From the NCBI GenBank assembly GCA_030619765.1, contig JAUXAU010000003.1:11654-75653 (forward strand): DNA of 64,000 bases, given 5' to 3'. The notes under the pieces were generated by a model. It did not search any database. It was not told where the DNA came from and worked only from the letters and a program-made list of their open reading frames with translations. The stretch comes from Thermoplasmatota archaeon. GTDB taxonomy: Archaea; Thermoplasmatota; E2; DHVEG-1. The translations under genes were made by a program, and so were the position numbers. Below, piece by piece: positions 61,500 to 64,000 of this stretch (the first letter of the stretch is position 1; every line of letters begins with the position of its first letter).

Positions 61500-62714
61500 A
61501 TGGCCAAAGAACAATTTGAACGATTTCAATCAAAAACAGTAGAAGATTTTCTAACCAACTTCACGAGCGGTAGTACGATAAGAGGATACCGGTGCCATCT
61601 GAAATATTTTTTTAAAGTCATAGGAAAGGACCCGGATAACTATATCGTCGACGTAAGGAGGTTAGAGAATAATGAGCAGCTGGATGCACTGGAAACATAC
61701 GAAAGGGACATCAAGATATATTGGAAATGGCTAATTGAGAAAAAACTTGCACCAAAAACAACCTCAAATGCAGTGGATGTCGTCAGAGTGTTTCTGAAAC
61801 AGTACAGAATTCGGCTTGATGATATCGTATGGGAGAACATACGGAGACGTGGAACTGGCAACAAACCAATAACACAGGAAGCAGTTCTCACACCGGAGAT
61901 ACTAAAAAAAATCTTAATCCATGGAGATGCTAAGAGTCGGGCAATGTTTCTAACTCTTGCTTCATCCGGAATGCGGATTGGCGAGCTTGTGCAATTGAAA
62001 CTAGAAGATGTTGATCGTGACTCTAAACCTACGAAAATCGTTGTGCGATACACAGGTCCAAATAGTGTGAAAACAAAAACTACTCGTACCACGTTCATCA
62101 GTAATGAGGCAACCGATGCACTCAATGAATGGTTGAAGCAGAGAAGTAGTGTCCTGGCCCTTGCAGTTCAACGAACCAATTTTCCAAATGTAAAAAAAGA
62201 AATTGAGGACAACCGTGTTTTTCCCTTCGAAACCAGCAATGCAAGGAACATATGGAATGGACTTTTGAAAAAAGCCAAACTGGATCAGAAAGATCCGAGA
62301 ACTGGTCGGTTTCTCATCCACATACACTCCACGAGGAAATTCTTTCGAACCAAATTTAGCAAGCATGATCGAGACGTTGCCGAGCTGCTGATGGGCCACG
62401 AAGGTTATTTGTCTCCGAACTATGTGAGATTTACAGAAGATGAACTGAAGGAAGAATATCTAAAGGGCATGAAGCACCTTTTGATTTTTGAAGCGCCATC
62501 TGATGAAACAACCATAATTAAGGAATTGAGGGAGCACCATCAAAAGGAGATAAGCCGTTTAAATAAGAAAATAAGTGAGCAAGATGCGAAATTATCCAAC
62601 ATTGAAAAAAACCTACTCGAGAACCCATTGTTTATAGAGAAGCTACGAGGTATGATGACGGGTAAGTGGGGAGAACTCCGACAAGAAAAAGAGAAAAAGA
62701 AGGTGAAGGCATAA
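61500..62714 (+). CDS. Tyrosine recombinase/integrase with C-terminal coiled coil
   Basis: SGMRIGE, HSTRKFF, LMGH, PNY. Confidence 0.92.
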   Translation: MAKEQFERFQSKTVEDFLTNFTSGSTIRGYRCHLKYFFKVIGKDPDNYIVDVRRLENNEQLDALETYERDIKIYWKWLIEKKLAPKTTSNAVDVVRVFLKQYRIRLDDIVWENIRRRGTGNKPITQEAVLTPEILKKILIHGDAKSRAMFLTLASSGMRIGELVQLKLEDVDRDSKPTKIVVRYTGPNSVKTKTTRTTFISNEATDALNEWLKQRSSVLALAVQRTNFPNVKKEIEDNRVFPFETSNARNIWNGLLKKAKLDQKDPRTGRFLIHIHSTRKFFRTKFSKHDRDVAELLMGHEGYLSPNYVRFTEDELKEEYLKGMKHLLIFEAPSDETTIIKELREHHQKEISRLNKKISEQDAKLSNIEKNLLENPLFIEKLRGMMTGKWGELRQEKEKKKVKA

Positions 62715-62749
62715 GACTATGATCATTTGTAGAAGCATAAATGTGAACG

Positions 62750-63691
62750 CTAATCCTTTTGTTTCTCCTTTGATTCCATGACAGATTTGAATTCCACTGT
62801 TGCAATATCAATCAATTTTTTCATGCTTCCAGACATAGACATTAAAAATATTTGAGGCACTAGTAATCTCAGTTTTTTTAATAAATCCACCGGGATGGCA
62901 AACAAGATTGCTGCATGATCGATGGTGCCAGGGCGGATGCCTAATGTCACTCCCATCGAGGTAAAATCATCTACTTTCCATGGATCGCCACTTATCGATG
63001 ACATATATTTTTCATATACTCTCCTAAACCATTTCGTTAACTGATTATCTTTAGGCATCCTTTCTTTACACTCTTTCCATTCCGCTTTAAATTCATCAAA
63101 AGTAGTAGGAGAAGGTATTTTCGCATTATTCTTTATTGAAAACAACGTAGTGGATATGCATCCTAACGCAATTATAATAGATCCTATCCCATCGAAGTGG
63201 CGAGAATGCAACAAATTACGGCTTATGGATTTAATGTGCCACAATCCTCTAAACTCATTAGAATCAAAAACAAAATATAGTATTCTTTTTTCACAATCAG
63301 TTAAGTTAATTTTATTCTCTTTCAATGATCGTTCAGTACCATCGACTAAAGGTTTTGGGAGAGATAAGAAACTATTACCACCGCAATCTCTGATGTAGGT
63401 TGCCTTGAGTAGTCGTTTCCTTGCTCTCGACACAGCACTTTCCTCTGCTGGGCTCCCTTTCCTCATAGGGTAAGGTGTTTGTAATTCCATCTCTCCCACC
63501 TTTCTGTGCTTGTATTTCTTATCAAATGGGTAAAACCTTTTTAGTATCTTATCTACAGAAATAGGCTCCGGGTACGCCAGGAAATACACCTGTGATAAGT
63601 AACCTCTTCGTACTTCGTCTCTAAAGTCCATTACATAACTACCCATGTTAGTATCTGTCAATGTTCTACTATATAAATTAGTGCTGAACAC
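62750..63691 (-). CDS. Hypothetical protein, possible N-terminal wHTH
   Basis: 313-aa ORF convergent on the integrase. Confidence 0.65.
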   Translation of the reverse strand: MFSTNLYSRTLTDTNMGSYVMDFRDEVRRGYLSQVYFLAYPEPISVDKILKRFYPFDKKYKHRKVGEMELQTPYPMRKGSPAEESAVSRARKRLLKATYIRDCGGNSFLSLPKPLVDGTERSLKENKINLTDCEKRILYFVFDSNEFRGLWHIKSISRNLLHSRHFDGIGSIIIALGCISTTLFSIKNNAKIPSPTTFDEFKAEWKECKERMPKDNQLTKWFRRVYEKYMSSISGDPWKVDDFTSMGVTLGIRPGTIDHAAILFAIPVDLLKKLRLLVPQIFLMSMSGSMKKLIDIATVEFKSVMESKEKQKD

Positions 63692-63745
63692 TTTTCATTT
63701 TCGTTCAGCACTTGGTAATATGCGAGAACTTTATTACTTTATTGA

Positions 63746-63970
63746 ATGAAAACTAGAGCTAACACCGTAATGTATCCCGGTTATGTCTTTGCTAGGATGG
63801 AAGATCCTGAAATCCTTGTAATCCATCGAATCTGCAACATTAGGGGTGAAACCTTATCAAGCTTCGTGCGTCGTGCTGTAAAACGAGAACTAGCCAGGAT
63901 GGGGTATCTTAGCAAGGCGCAAGCAAAGGCGTTGGGGATGACCGAAGGGAGGCATCATGATGATGGATAA
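63746..63970 (+). CDS. Ribbon-helix-helix (CopG-like) protein
   Basis: VFARM..RGETLSSFVRRAVKREL. Confidence 0.7.
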   Translation: MKTRANTVMYPGYVFARMEDPEILVIHRICNIRGETLSSFVRRAVKRELARMGYLSKAQAKALGMTEGRHHDDG

Positions 63971-64000
63971 AAACCTCCAAAAATTTTTGGAGTTGCACCC
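63957..64000 (+). CDS. Start of the next CDS (partial)
   Basis: GGGAGG RBS then ATG ATG ATG GAT AAA.., open to the window end. Confidence 0.5.
   Translation, partial: MMMDKNLQKFLELH

Noticed and set aside
4485-62399. Many short track ORFs antisense to or nested in long genes (e.g. 4485..4685, 19106..19423, 58107..58418, 61640..62125)
   Set aside because: Shadow frames of well-supported genes, with no motifs or RBS.
61500-62714. Integron integrase for the palindromic repeats
   Set aside because: It lacks the IntI-specific insertion between patches, and the repeats lack canonical GTTRRRY boxes.

Overview
AT-rich archaeal chromosome segment. Evidence for an archaeon: TFB, eL41, an intron-containing tRNA-Trp and GGAG/GGTGA ribosome-binding sites. 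The many secreted C25/C1A cysteine peptidases, PKD/FG-GAP proteins and peptide transporters suggest a sediment Thermoplasmatota of the MBG-D/DHVEG-1 type (inference). Main finding: a 6.05-kb tyrosine-integrase element inserted at the tRNA-Trp 3' end, bounded by a 13-bp direct repeat at 7679 and 13726. It carries a non-coding array (about 9948-10306) of 36-37-nt units built as edge repeat / 9-nt spacer / loop repeat / 9-nt spacer. This is the architecture of TIGR guide-RNA arrays, but I can recognise no Nop-domain Tas gene in the window; the array instead follows an HTH/coiled-coil gene. Second finding: a family of composite palindromic intergenic repeats (about 25 clusters, 22-60 kb) that separates accessory genes and flips polarity near gene-fragment scars at 35-38.5 kb. 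Also present: a relic tRNA-Lys islet, a probable AUA start for uvrB, shared C-terminal motifs on secreted proteins, and a second integrase module at the right edge. All product calls come from motifs read by eye; no database search was run.
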